Made by a program: the position numbers and the translations under genes. This document shows, in pieces, positions 38,712-48,208 of a DNA stretch of 64,000 nucleotides (its first letter is position 1; every line of letters begins with the position of its first letter). The notes under the pieces were generated by a model. It was not told where the DNA came from. It saw nothing but the letters and a program-made list of their open reading frames with translations, and did not search any database. The DNA is from Rectinemataceae bacterium (lineage in GTDB: Bacteria; Spirochaetota; Spirochaetia; Treponematales; Rectinemataceae), in the NCBI GenBank assembly GCA_035530095.1, contig DATKVK010000062.1, positions 671 through 64,670 on the forward strand, given 5' to 3'.

Positions 38712-39769
38712 GGGTTCTGCTCCTTCCACAGTCGCAGCGCGGGGAAAAGGTCGTCGGAGCTCGCGGTGCCCGTCGTGCCGAGCCGGCGCACGGTCACGCT
38801 CGCGACGAGATTGCCGACGAGCGCCGCCTCGCGCAGCGTGGCCCCGGCGGCGAGGGCCAGGACGGCGCCGGCGGTGAACGAGTCGCCGGCGCCCGTCGGA
38901 TCGACGCTCCCTTCGACGGCCACCGCGGGCACCCGCAGCGGCCCGGGGGAGGCCGCGTCCCCGACCCAGACGCCGCGCTCGGCCATCGTCACGAACAGGG
39001 GCGCGCCCACCCGGCGGGCGAGGCCGGGGAATTCCGCGCGGACGACTTCGTCGGACACGAAGGAGCCGGGTTCCGGCTCGGCGATGCCGGCGAACTCGAA
39101 TTGGTTCATCTTGAGCGCGAGGCCGCGGAAACCGAGGATGCGGCGCCGCGAGTCCGCCCAGGCGACGAGGCCCGGCCGCGGCAGCATGCCCGCGAGGGCC
39201 GAGACGACTCCGGCAGTGAGGACGCCGCGGCCCTCCTCCTCGACCTGGTCCATGACGATGAGCGCGTCGAGCTCCGGCAGGAGGGCTTCGATCGAGGCTA
39301 TGATCGCCTCCTCCATCCGAGCGGGCGTCGCGTCGCGGTTCTTCGTGTCGTAGCGGCTGTGCTCGCCCGCGAGGCCCGGCCTGTCGATGTAGCGCGGCTT
39401 CAGGTAGGTCGGCGTGAGCCGGGCGGGATCGACGTGGAGCCCTTCCACACCGCAGCCGAGGGCGGCGAGATCGCGGCGGAGCTCGTGGCCCTCGCCGTCG
39501 TCGCCCGTGAAGCCGACCGCACTGAGACCGCGCGCGCCGAGGGCGGCGAGATTGTTGACCACCGTGCCCGCGGCGCCGGGCGAGTGACGCACCGCGACGA
39601 CCTGGTGGGCGGTCTTCCCCGTCTCGAGCGAGGTCTCCGCGAGCCCCGGGTCGACCTCGAGATACTTGTCGAGGAAGAAGTCCCCCAGCACCGCCACGCG
39701 CAAAAGGGGAAACCTGGCGACCAGGGCTTCGAGCCTCGATTCTTCGAGCGCCGATTCGGCGGCGCTCAC
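38708..39769 (-). CDS. PfkB-family sugar-phosphate kinase resembling the HldE/RfaE heptose-7-phosphate kinase domain
   Basis: N-terminus LLRVAVLGDFFLDKYLEVD and C-terminal DPTGAGDSFTAG motif. No nucleotidyltransferase domain is attached. Confidence 0.7.
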   Translation of the reverse strand: MSAAESALEESRLEALVARFPLLRVAVLGDFFLDKYLEVDPGLAETSLETGKTAHQVVAVRHSPGAAGTVVNNLAALGARGLSAVGFTGDDGEGHELRRDLAALGCGVEGLHVDPARLTPTYLKPRYIDRPGLAGEHSRYDTKNRDATPARMEEAIIASIEALLPELDALIVMDQVEEEGRGVLTAGVVSALAGMLPRPGLVAWADSRRRILGFRGLALKMNQFEFAGIAEPEPGSFVSDEVVRAEFPGLARRVGAPLFVTMAERGVWVGDAASPGPLRVPAVAVEGSVDPTGAGDSFTAGAVLALAAGATLREAALVGNLVASVTVRRLGTTGTASSDDLFPALRLWKEQNP

Positions 39770-40653
39770 GGCCTGCCCCCCTCCCAGATATAGTCGACCA
39801 GCGCCGCCTGCTCGCGGTAGTCGGGGATGACGAGATCCGCGCCAGCGCCGATGAGGCGCTCGCGCTTCCAGGGGTCGGGAGCGCCCGAGCGGCCGGCCTC
39901 GTCGCTCGCCACGGCCACGGCGAGGCCGCCGGCCGCCTTGCAGTCGGATATCTCGACGTAGCCGTCGCCGAAGGCGACGAGGCGGCTCCCCTCGACGCGG
40001 TTCTCCGCGAGGATGCGCGCGATCACCATCTCCTTCGAGAAACTCGCGGGATCGGCCAACGCGCCGTAGATCGTCCCCTCGGCGAAAAGGCCGAGGCCGA
40101 GAAGCCGCGCCTCCTCCAGGACGAAGCTTTCGTCGGTCCCCGAGGCGATGTAGATGCGGACCCCCCGCTCGGCGAGCGAGCGGAGGATATCGAGCGAGCC
40201 GGGGACGAGCATCGACTCGGCCTCGGCGCTCCCGTCGGAGAGGGCCCTCCGTCGGCGATCGATGCGCGCCATGAGCCGCTCATGGTACTCGGCCTTGTAG
40301 TCCCGCGGGTCGCGGGGCTCGCCGCCGCGCGAGCGGATCTCGTCGGCGAGCCGCATCATCTGGTAGATGGTCTGCTTGCCCGTGAGCCTCGTCACGAAAT
40401 CCCTCGCCAGCGCCTCCAGGGAGTTTTCGCTCTCGCCCTTCCGGGCGAAGGGCGAGAGTATCTCGACCATCATGGGCACCATGATGTCCATCCAGCCTTC
40501 CCTGATGAGACTCAGCGTCCCGTCGAAGTCGAAGAGAGCGTGCTCGGGGGGCGCCGAGAGGCGCGGAGCCCTCACGATCTCGATGGAGGTGCCCGCGAGG
40601 TAGGCCGCTCTCGCGGGCAGGGGCCAGGCGGCCGCGAAGTCACGCTCGGCCAT
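39766..40653 (-). CDS. HAD-superfamily phosphatase with a large cap domain
   Basis: Motif I FDFDGTLS, motif II ASGT, motif IV GDGYVE. Four-nt overlap with the downstream kinase gene. Confidence 0.8.
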   Translation of the reverse strand: MAERDFAAAWPLPARAAYLAGTSIEIVRAPRLSAPPEHALFDFDGTLSLIREGWMDIMVPMMVEILSPFARKGESENSLEALARDFVTRLTGKQTIYQMMRLADEIRSRGGEPRDPRDYKAEYHERLMARIDRRRRALSDGSAEAESMLVPGSLDILRSLAERGVRIYIASGTDESFVLEEARLLGLGLFAEGTIYGALADPASFSKEMVIARILAENRVEGSRLVAFGDGYVEISDCKAAGGLAVAVASDEAGRSGAPDPWKRERLIGAGADLVIPDYREQAALVDYIWEGGRP

Positions 40654-41251
40654 GGCTCGGCTCCGGCCCCTCGGGAGGCAGGAAAGCGGCGAAAACCGCG
40701 TAGATGAGATGGTCGAGCACCAGGTGGAGGTCCTCGGTGATCTGCATGTCGTCGACGGGGATGCGGACGGAGTGCCCGGCCGCGCGCTTGAGCCGGCCGC
40801 CGTCGTAGCCCGTCAGGCCCACGGTGACCGCCCCGTTCCCGTTGGCGTAGTCGATCGCCTTGAGCACGTTGCGCGAATTGCCCGAGCCGGAGATGCCGAT
40901 CACGAGGTCGCCCTCCTCCAGGAAGTTGCGCAGCTGCTCGACGAACACATCCTCGTAGGAGACGTCGTTGGCGTAGGCCGAGACCGTGGGATGGTTGTCG
41001 TTGAGGCAGTGGACGCGGAAGCGCCTCGCCTTGCCGTACGAAAGCCCCTTGTTGAAGTCGGCGGCGTAGTGCGAGGCCGTCGCCGCAGAGCCTCCGTTGC
41101 CCATGATGTAGATGCGGCTCCCCCTCTCGAGGGCGTCGAGCAGCAGGTTCATGAAAGCGTCGACCTCGGCGCGGGAGACGCGGTCGATCGTCTGCTTGAG
41201 CCTCTCGAAATACCCGTCGATCTCGGCCGTGAAGTTCCGCTTCATGATCAC
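40640..41251 (-). CDS. SIS-domain sugar-phosphate isomerase, GmhA-like (sedoheptulose-7-phosphate isomerase family)
   Basis: IYIMGNGGSAATASHYAADF and GISGSGNSRNV motifs typical of GmhA/DiaA SIS proteins. Confidence 0.78.
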   Translation of the reverse strand: MIMKRNFTAEIDGYFERLKQTIDRVSRAEVDAFMNLLLDALERGSRIYIMGNGGSAATASHYAADFNKGLSYGKARRFRVHCLNDNHPTVSAYANDVSYEDVFVEQLRNFLEEGDLVIGISGSGNSRNVLKAIDYANGNGAVTVGLTGYDGGRLKRAAGHSVRIPVDDMQITEDLHLVLDHLIYAVFAAFLPPEGPEPSHGRA

Positions 41252-41260
41252 TCCTCTTCC

Positions 41261-42196
41261 TCAGCGATATGGCTTCAGGGCGAGGGCCGCGGCCCCGACG
41301 AGCGCCGCGTCGCAGCCTAGGGAGCTGGGCTGCACGCGCAGGCCGCGTTCCCGCCCCGACAGCATGAAGTCGGGAGCCGTTTTTGCGATGACGGGCAGGA
41401 GGATGTCGAGCGAGGCCGCGACGCCTCCCCCGATCACGATGGCCTCCGGGTCGAGGACGGAGGCGACGGCGGCCAGGCCGCGGGCGAGCATCGCGCCCAT
41501 CCGCTCGACGACTTCCAGGCAGAGCGCGTCGCCGGCGCGGGCGAGCTCGGCTATCGCGCGAGCGTCGACGAGCTCGCGCGGCAGGGCGGCGAGCTTCCCG
41601 GCCGGCCGCTCCTCAAGGAGCTGCAGCGCGCAACGCCTCCACGCCGGCCCGGCGGCCTCGGCTTCCAGGCAGCCGCGATTGCCGCAGCCGCAGAGCCGGC
41701 CGCCGGGGTTCACGACGAGGTGGCCGACCTCGCCGGCCATGCCGGAGGCGCCTTCGCGCACGCGGCCTTCCGAGACTATCGCGCCCCCGATGCCGGTGCT
41801 GACCGTCAGCCAGAAAAAGCAGTCGAGCCCGATCCCGGCGCCGAAGAGCGCCTCCGCCCATGCGCAGGCATTCACGTCGTTGTCGGCCGCGACGGGCAGC
41901 GAGAACGCGTCCGCCAGCATCGACGCGAAGGGCACATCGCGCCAGCCCGAGGAGGGGGAGTAGCGGAGCATGCCCGTCCGCCGGTCGACCACGCCCGGCA
42001 GGGCGACTCCGAGCGACTCGGCCGGGCCGGCCTCTTGCAGGGCTTCGGTCCCGAGCGCTACCATCGCGTCGACGGAGGCCTTCGGGTCGCCCAGGGGCGT
42101 CGCCGCTCTCCGCCGGCAGAGCAGTCTGCCGTCTGCGTCGACAATGCCGGCGGCGATCTTAGTGCCGCCGAGATCTATGGCGAGAACACGTTCCAT
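41261..42196 (-). CDS. ROK-family sugar kinase (no HTH)
   Basis: LAIDLGGTKIAAG ATP-binding motif, DNDVNACAWAE, and the Zn motif CGCGNRGCLEA. Confidence 0.85.
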   Translation of the reverse strand: MERVLAIDLGGTKIAAGIVDADGRLLCRRRAATPLGDPKASVDAMVALGTEALQEAGPAESLGVALPGVVDRRTGMLRYSPSSGWRDVPFASMLADAFSLPVAADNDVNACAWAEALFGAGIGLDCFFWLTVSTGIGGAIVSEGRVREGASGMAGEVGHLVVNPGGRLCGCGNRGCLEAEAAGPAWRRCALQLLEERPAGKLAALPRELVDARAIAELARAGDALCLEVVERMGAMLARGLAAVASVLDPEAIVIGGGVAASLDILLPVIAKTAPDFMLSGRERGLRVQPSSLGCDAALVGAAALALKPYR

Positions 42197-42238
42197 GACG
42201 CGGTTGCCTCGTGGTATCGAGTATATGCCGCCGCGGCC

Positions 42239-42272
42239 CTGCGCGGAAGGCGTGGCCGCGCTTTCCGCGCAG
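42239..42272. promoter_or_regulatory. 10-bp perfect inverted repeat CTGCGCGGAA-N14-TTCCGCGCAG in a divergent intergenic region
   Basis: Read directly. It lies between the ROK kinase operon start (42196) and the URO-D-family gene (42310). Confidence 0.3.
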
Positions 42273-42309
42273 GACTCGCCTGCGAAAGGCGCGTCGAGAG
42301 GAGCGGAGG

Positions 42310-43344
42310 ATGTCTGAACAGACCATGACGGGGCGGCAGCGCGTGCTGGCGCTGTTGCAGGGAGAGGAAGCGGACAGGATCCCGCTCATGCCCATCACGA
42401 TGTCGCTGGCCGCGGATCAGATCGCGCGGCCCTACCGCGAGTACGCCACGGACTGGCGGGTCTTGGTCGAGGGGCAGGCCGCGACGGCCGAGCGCTTCGG
42501 CTTCGATTACGTCTCCGCCATCTCGGACCCCTGTGTCGAGTCCTCGGACCTCGGATCCAAGGTGGTATGGTTCGACGACCGACCTCCCGCGAACGACGAA
42601 GAAAATCCGCTTCTGGCCGACAAGAGCCGATTCCGAAGACTCGAGCTTCCCGCCCCCGGCTCGCGGCCGCGAGCCGCGAATCGCCTGGCGGCGGTAGAGG
42701 GGCTGAAAGCGCGCTGCGGAGGCGATCTCATCGTCGAAGGCTGGGTCGAGGGGCCCTGCGCCGAGGCCGCCGACCTGCGAGGACTCCAGCGGCTCATGCT
42801 GGATTTCTACGACGACCCCGCCTTCGTGAACGAGGTGATGGATTTCGTCACCGCCATGGAGATCGACTTCGCGCTGGCGCAGGTCCGGGCGGGGGCCGAC
42901 ATCGTGGGCATCGGCGACGCGGCCTCCTCCCTGGTGGGGCCCGAGATCTACGCCGAGTTCGCCGCTCCCCGCACCGCCCGCTACATAGACGCGATCCACG
43001 CCGCCGGCGGGCTCGTGCGGCTCCATATCTGCGGCGACACCAACGCCATCCTGGGCGCGCTCGGCGGCCTCGCATGGGACATCCTCGACCTCGACTCGAT
43101 GGTGGACATGGCCGAAGCCCGGCGCATCCTGGGCCCCTCCCGCGTCCTCTTGGGCAACGCGGATCCCGTGGCGGTCATCGCCCGCGGCGACCCCGCCGGC
43201 GTTCGCTCGGCTCTCGGCCGCTGCCGCGCGGCCGCGGCGCCCGCCTGGATCGTCGGGGCCGGCTGCGAGCTGCCCCGCGAGTCTCCGGCGGCCAATGTCG
43301 AGGCCCTTGCCGCCTTCGCCCGCGAGGGCGGGCCGGCGCGCTAA
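42310..43344 (+). CDS. Uroporphyrinogen decarboxylase (URO-D) family protein, MtaA/CmuA-like
   Basis: RIPLMPITMS N-terminal region, FGFDYVSAISD, and C-terminal HICGDT motif typical of URO-D-fold proteins. An alternative start is at 42325. Confidence 0.7.
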   Translation: MSEQTMTGRQRVLALLQGEEADRIPLMPITMSLAADQIARPYREYATDWRVLVEGQAATAERFGFDYVSAISDPCVESSDLGSKVVWFDDRPPANDEENPLLADKSRFRRLELPAPGSRPRAANRLAAVEGLKARCGGDLIVEGWVEGPCAEAADLRGLQRLMLDFYDDPAFVNEVMDFVTAMEIDFALAQVRAGADIVGIGDAASSLVGPEIYAEFAAPRTARYIDAIHAAGGLVRLHICGDTNAILGALGGLAWDILDLDSMVDMAEARRILGPSRVLLGNADPVAVIARGDPAGVRSALGRCRAAAAPAWIVGAGCELPRESPAANVEALAAFAREGGPAR

Positions 43345-43424
43345 GCCGCGCTTGCCCCTAGGCCGCTTCCCTTCGGCCGAGCCGGCGCAGGCCGAGCCTC
43401 CGGCGACCCTCCCGTTCGGCCGCC

Positions 43425-44237
43425 CTACTCGGCCGTGAAGTCGGCGCGCTGGAGGCAGCGGGCGCGGTACTCGGTCGGCGACATGTCGGCGAGGCGCTTG
43501 AAGGTCCTCGTGAAATTGAACTGGTTGGCATAGCCCAGCTTGTCGGCGATTTCCTGGACGCGGAGATTGGTGCTCGAGAGCATGGCGCGCGCGGCCTCGA
43601 TCTTGAGCCTCGCGTAGTATTTCATCGGCGGCATGCCCATGCGCTCGGAGAAGATCCGCACGAAATGCTCGCGCGAGAGCTGGAGGCGTTCGCAGATGGC
43701 CGAGAGGTCGAGTTCCCTCTCGATCGACATCTGCATGATCGCGAGGGCCTTCTCGACGTGGGCGTTGTCGGCGGCGCCCTGGGCGGTCGACCCCGCCACG
43801 AGGTCGTAGAGGAAGGCGATGAAGTTGTGATGGGCCGCGAGGACGAGATCGCTGCGGCCCGAGAAGTGGCGCTCGAGGAGGTCGGCGAAGAAGAAGCGGC
43901 GCGAGGTGCCGATCTTCGAGGGACCGGCGTCCGGGCCCAGCCGGGCGAGCAGTCCGTTCAGCTCCTCGTCGCCGGCCGCGTCGAAGAGGACGGCGTAGTA
44001 GGTGATCGGCTTGCGGGTGTCGGTCGCCACTATCTGGTGCACGACTCCCGGCGGCGTGATGTGGAGCGAGCCCGGGCTGATCGTCCAGACCCCCGGTCCG
44101 TTGCGGAAGCGGCCCGCTCCCGAGATGAAATAGTGCATCTCGTGGAGCTCCGGCCCGTGGCTGTGCCTCCGGCCGTGCCAGGCTATCTGCCGTTCGTCCA
44201 GGAGGTGGTAGACGAAGACGATATCGACGAAGCGCAT
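43425..44237 (-). CDS. AraC-family transcriptional regulator (cupin sensor + AraC HTH)
   Basis: Cupin-like N-terminus (HSHGPELHEMHYFISG) and C-terminal HTH (GYANQFNFTRTFKRLADMSPTEYR). The start at 44237 is preceded by GGAGG at an 8-nt spacing. Confidence 0.85.
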   Translation of the reverse strand: MRFVDIVFVYHLLDERQIAWHGRRHSHGPELHEMHYFISGAGRFRNGPGVWTISPGSLHITPPGVVHQIVATDTRKPITYYAVLFDAAGDEELNGLLARLGPDAGPSKIGTSRRFFFADLLERHFSGRSDLVLAAHHNFIAFLYDLVAGSTAQGAADNAHVEKALAIMQMSIERELDLSAICERLQLSREHFVRIFSERMGMPPMKYYARLKIEAARAMLSSTNLRVQEIADKLGYANQFNFTRTFKRLADMSPTEYRARCLQRADFTAE

Positions 44238-44438
44238 CCGCCGCGCCTCCTGCCCCGCCGCCCGGGGATATTCCATGTACAATATCAATTATGGATATAC
44301 TATGTCAAAGGTCGAGCTTGTGTTTCCCGTCCTCATGGCGTACAAAGAAAACACGGAATGCTCTCTTAGAAATGCGAGTACACCTTGAAATCGGCTCGCG
44401 CGGCAGACCCCGGGCTCCAGGCGCGGGGTCGAGGAGGA

Positions 44439-45752
44439 ATGATGTCCGACCTGTTTCCTGAGGTTCCCGTGATCAAGTTCGAGGGTCCCGATTCCGGCAA
44501 CCCTCTGGCATTCAAGCGCTACGATCCCGACAAGAAAGTCGGCGACAAGACCATGAAGGAGCATCTGCGCTTCGCGATGGCATTCTGGCACTCCATGACG
44601 GGCGCCGGGCGCGATCCCTTCGGCGATCCCACCATGAAGCGGCCCTGGGACTCGGTGTCCGACCCGATGGAGGTCGCGCGCCTCCGGATGCGCGGCGTCT
44701 TCGAACTCACCGAGAAGCTGTCCATTCCCTACTTCTGCTTCCATGACCGCGACATCGCTCCCGAAGGGGCGTCCTTGCGCGAGACGAACCGCAACCTCGA
44801 CCAGATCGTCGCCCTCGCCAAGGATCTTCTCGCGACGAGCCCGACCAAGGTCCTCTGGGGCACGGCGAACCTCTTCTCCAATCCGCGCTTCATGCACGGC
44901 GCGGCGACGAGCCCCAATCCCCAGGTCTTCGCCTATGCGGCCGCCCAGGTCAAGAAGGCTCTGGAAGTCACGAAGGAGCTGGGCGGGAAGAACTACGTGT
45001 TCTGGGGAGGCCGCGAGGGCTACGAAACCCTGCTCAACACGGACATGCGCCTCGAGCTCGACAATCTCGGCCGCTTCCTCCACCTCGCGGTCGATTACGC
45101 GAAGGAGATCGGCTTCTCGGGCCAGTTCCTCATCGAGCCCAAGCCCATGGAGCCGACCAAGCACCAGTACGATTCGGACACCGGCGCCTGCTTCGCCTTC
45201 CTCCAGGAGTACGATCTCCTGCCCAACTTCAAGCTCAACATCGAGACGAACCACGCCACCCTGGCCGGACATACGATCCAGCACGAGCTGCGCTTCGCGC
45301 GCGACCGCGGCATCCTCGGCTCGGTCGACGCCAACCAGGGCGACGAGCTCCTGGGCTGGGACACGGACCAGTTCCCCACGAACCTCTACCACGGGACCCT
45401 CATGATGTACGAGATCCTCAAGAACGGCGGCCTGCACTCGGGCGGGCTCAACTTCGACGCCAAGCCCCGGCGCGGCAGCTTCACCGTCGAGGACCTGGCT
45501 ATTTCGCACATCGCGGGCATGGACACCTTCGCCCGCGGTCTCGAGGCGGCCCACGCCATGATCCGCGACGGAGCCCTCGACCGGCCCCTGTCCGACCGCT
45601 ACGCGGCCTGGGGGTCCGGCATCGGAGCCTCCATCCGCGCCGGCAAGGAAAACCTGCGCAGCCTCGAATCGGCCGTGATCGACCTGGGCGACATCGCCTT
45701 GCGCTCGGGCAGGCAGGAAGAGCTCGAGGCGGTAGTCAACCGCTACCTGTAA
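44439..45752 (+). CDS. xylA: Xylose isomerase (class II)
   Basis: GAGGAGG SD. Hallmark motifs FCFHD, FLIEPKP(M)[28 protein letters not shown]. About 437 aa. Confidence 0.95.
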   Translation: MMSDLFPEVPVIKFEGPDSGNPLAFKRYDPDKKVGDKTMKEHLRFAMAFWHSMTGAGRDPFGDPTMKRPWDSVSDPMEVARLRMRGVFELTEKLSIPYFCFHDRDIAPEGASLRETNRNLDQIVALAKDLLATSPTKVLWGTANLFSNPRFMHGAATSPNPQVFAYAAAQVKKALEVTKELGGKNYVFWGGREGYETLLNTDMRLELDNLGRFLHLAVDYAKEIGFSGQFLIEPKPMEPTKHQYDSDTGACFAFLQEYDLLPNFKLNIETNHATLAGHTIQHELRFARDRGILGSVDANQGDELLGWDTDQFPTNLYHGTLMMYEILKNGGLHSGGLNFDAKPRRGSFTVEDLAISHIAGMDTFARGLEAAHAMIRDGALDRPLSDRYAAWGSGIGASIRAGKENLRSLESAVIDLGDIALRSGRQEELEAVVNRYL

Positions 45753-45776
45753 GCTTGCGATTCCGGAGGTACTGGC

Positions 45777-47378
45777 ATGGCGGCACTCGACTTGGTTCTC
45801 GGCATCGATTCGAGCACGCAGGGCACGAGCGCCGTCGTGCTGGACCGGCGCGGCTTCGGCCTGGAGGCCGAGGCCCGCATCCGCTACCGCGACGATCCGC
45901 GGCTCGCTTCGTTCGGGCTCTCCGAGGCGGCCCCCATCCTCCCGCCCCGCGAGCCGGGCGAGGCCGACCAGCCCGCGGCGCTCTTCCTGGCGGCGCTCGA
46001 CGCGCTCCTGTCCGACCTGCCCCGCGGGCTCCTCGGGCGGCTGGCCGCGATAGACATTTCGGCCCAGCAGCACGGCCAGATCTGGCTGGGCGAGCGCGGA
46101 GCCGAGGCGATAGCCGAACTCAAGCGGCCCGGCGCGGGCGCGGGCGCGACGAGCCTGGCCGAGCGCGTCGGGCCCGGCCTCGCCGACCCCCGCTCCGCCA
46201 TCTGGATGAGCGCGGACACGGAAGCCGAGGCCGAGGAGATCCGCCGCGCCCTGGGCGGGGTCGAGGGCGTCACCGCCCTCTCCGGTTCCGACAGTCCCTT
46301 GCGCTTCTCCGGAGCCGTGCTCGGGCGCCGCGCCAAGCGCTTCCCCTCGCTCTATGCCTCGACCTGGCGCGTCCACCTCATCTCCTCCTTCCTCGCCGGC
46401 GTCCTCTCGGGCGAGCCCGACTCGCCCATCGACTGGGGCAACGGCTCGGGGACGAGCCTCATGGATTGGGGCGGCCGGCTCTGGGCGCCCAAGCTGCTCG
46501 CCGCCGTCGCCGAGGGACTTCCGGGCGGGGCGGCGGGCCTCGCGGCCAAGCTGCCGCCGCTCGCCCATCCGCTGGCCGTCGTGGGCCGGCCGGCCGCCTA
46601 CTTCCGCGAGCGCTACGGCATTCCGGAAGACTGCGTCATCGTCGCGGGCTCGGGCGACAATCCCCAGAGCAAGGTCCTGGCGGAGGGCACCCTGCTCTCG
46701 CTGGGCACGAGCTTCGTCATCATGACCGAGGGGAATCGTCCGCACCCGAGCGCGAACGCGATGTACGACGGGCTGGGCAGGCCCTTCCTCTTCGGCTGCC
46801 GCACGAACGGCGCGCTCTCCTGGGAGGCCGTGCGCAGGGCCCACGCCCTCGAGGCCGACGACTTCGCCGCCTCGGACCGCGCCCTCGCGGACACCGCGCC
46901 GGGCTCCGTGCTGCGCATCCTCCAGAGCGAGCGCGAATCCTTCCCCTTCTCCCCCATCCTCGACCTCGGCGGGCGCCCCGGTTTCGCCGAAGACTACGCG
47001 GGCGTCGTCGACTCCTCGCTCGGCCTCGTGGCCCTGGGCTCGGCGCCCTTCTCGACGGCCGGCGGCGACATCGCCGTCACCGGCGGAGCCGCGGCCAGCC
47101 GCGAGGTGCTGAAGCGCATCGCCGCGATCTGGGGCCGTCGCGTCGTGCCCATCGCCGACGCCGGAGCGGCGGCGGGCGCCGCCGTGGCGGCCGCCTGCGC
47201 CCTCGTCGACGGGGTCGACCGCGAAAAGCTGGCCGCGGCGGCCCGCCTCGGCGCCGCGCGGCCCGGGAAGGCCGTCGAGCCCGATCCCGCCGCCGTCGAG
47301 GCCTGCCGCGGGAAGGGCGGCTACCTGGAGCGCCTCGCGGATGCCTTCCGCGGCGCCGGAGGCAATCTCGGGATCTGA
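45777..47378 (+). CDS. xylB: FGGY-family carbohydrate kinase, probable xylulokinase
   Basis: N-terminal LGIDSSTQGT and FGGY N- and C-terminal domains. Directly downstream of xylA. At 533 aa it is longer than E. coli XylB. Confidence 0.72.
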   Translation: MAALDLVLGIDSSTQGTSAVVLDRRGFGLEAEARIRYRDDPRLASFGLSEAAPILPPREPGEADQPAALFLAALDALLSDLPRGLLGRLAAIDISAQQHGQIWLGERGAEAIAELKRPGAGAGATSLAERVGPGLADPRSAIWMSADTEAEAEEIRRALGGVEGVTALSGSDSPLRFSGAVLGRRAKRFPSLYASTWRVHLISSFLAGVLSGEPDSPIDWGNGSGTSLMDWGGRLWAPKLLAAVAEGLPGGAAGLAAKLPPLAHPLAVVGRPAAYFRERYGIPEDCVIVAGSGDNPQSKVLAEGTLLSLGTSFVIMTEGNRPHPSANAMYDGLGRPFLFGCRTNGALSWEAVRRAHALEADDFAASDRALADTAPGSVLRILQSERESFPFSPILDLGGRPGFAEDYAGVVDSSLGLVALGSAPFSTAGGDIAVTGGAAASREVLKRIAAIWGRRVVPIADAGAAAGAAVAAACALVDGVDREKLAAAARLGAARPGKAVEPDPAAVEACRGKGGYLERLADAFRGAGGNLGI

Positions 47379-47388
47379 GCGTCCTCCT

Positions 47389-47422
47389 CAGTATCGCGAA
47401 CCTTTCAGTGTCGCGAACCTTG
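47389..47422. repeat. 17-nt tandem direct repeat (CAGTRTCGCGAACCTTK x2)
   Basis: Units at 47389-47405 and 47406-47422, 15/17 identical, about 160 nt upstream of the ECF sigma gene. Contains a GAACC core like ECF -35 boxes. Confidence 0.85.
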
Positions 47423-47579
47423 TCGACGGCACGGCTGCTTGCGTCCCGCCAGGGCGCGCACCGCCTTGGGCAGGGGCGATCCTGGCTTTTCCGCACTCTT
47501 CATAACACTACCCCGGCATTTCGACCTCAAAACAGGATTCCCCCGCACGAAAAACTCCTCTCCCGCGTCATACTAGACG

Positions 47580-48137
47580 ATGACCATGAGCGCATCGCAA
47601 GAAGCGACTGAGGGCCGCGCCCGGCTCGAGGCCGCGTACCGGAACGATCGGGGACGCCTTATCGCCTTCGCCCTGCGCATGGGCCGGAACCTCCAGGAAG
47701 CCGAGGATGTCCTCCAGGACGTTTTCGCATCCGCGCTCGCGCGGCTGGATCTCGTCTCGGCCCTCGGCAATCCGAGCGGCTACCTCGCGGCCGCGGTGCG
47801 CAACCGCATGCTCGACCTGTGGCGGCGCTCGCGGACCAGGCGCCAGGCGGGCGAGGTCGACGTGGCCGAGGAGACCATCGACGAGATCGTCGGGGCCGTC
47901 GGTCTCGATCCGGCCGACGAGGCGGTGCGCGGGGAGCTCTCGGACGCGCTCGCGGAGGCGATCGGCGACCTGCCCCCGGAGCAGCGCGCCGTGATCGAGG
48001 CGCAGGCGCTCGGCGGCATGGGTTTCAGGGAACTGGCCGAGCGCACGGGGACTTCCATCGACACGCTCATGGCGCGCAAGCGTTATGCGATCGAGAAGCT
48101 CGCCCGGGCGCTCAGGGATTGGATAGACGAGGGTTGA
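47580..48137 (+). CDS. ECF-type RNA polymerase sigma factor (sigma-70 regions 2 and 4)
   Basis: Region 2 (LIAFALRMGRNLQEAEDVLQDVF...AAVRNRMLDLWRR) and region 4 HTH (GMGFRELAERTGTSIDTLMARKRYAIEKL). Confidence 0.85.
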   Translation: MTMSASQEATEGRARLEAAYRNDRGRLIAFALRMGRNLQEAEDVLQDVFASALARLDLVSALGNPSGYLAAAVRNRMLDLWRRSRTRRQAGEVDVAEETIDEIVGAVGLDPADEAVRGELSDALAEAIGDLPPEQRAVIEAQALGGMGFRELAERTGTSIDTLMARKRYAIEKLARALRDWIDEG

Positions 48138-48208
48138 GGCGCACGTGCGCGGGGCGGCCGGGAACGGTCGCCGCGCGCCGCGCCCGGGATTTCCGAAGGA
48201 GGTATACC

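Noticed and set aside
44237-44308. Leaderless start for the AraC regulator: TTGACA-16-GATATT immediately before an ATG at 44276.
   Set aside because: An ATG at 44237 is preceded by GGAGG at ideal spacing and opens directly into the cupin domain. The -10-to-ATG distance for the upstream ATG is also shorter than typical. The promoter may be real, but the leaderless start is not supported.
47428-47442. Sigma-54-like motif GGCAC-GGCTGC-TTGC upstream of the ECF sigma gene.
   Set aside because: The GG-to-GC spacing is one nucleotide too long (13 instead of 12), and the leading T is a C. Sigma-54 promoters are very intolerant of spacing changes.
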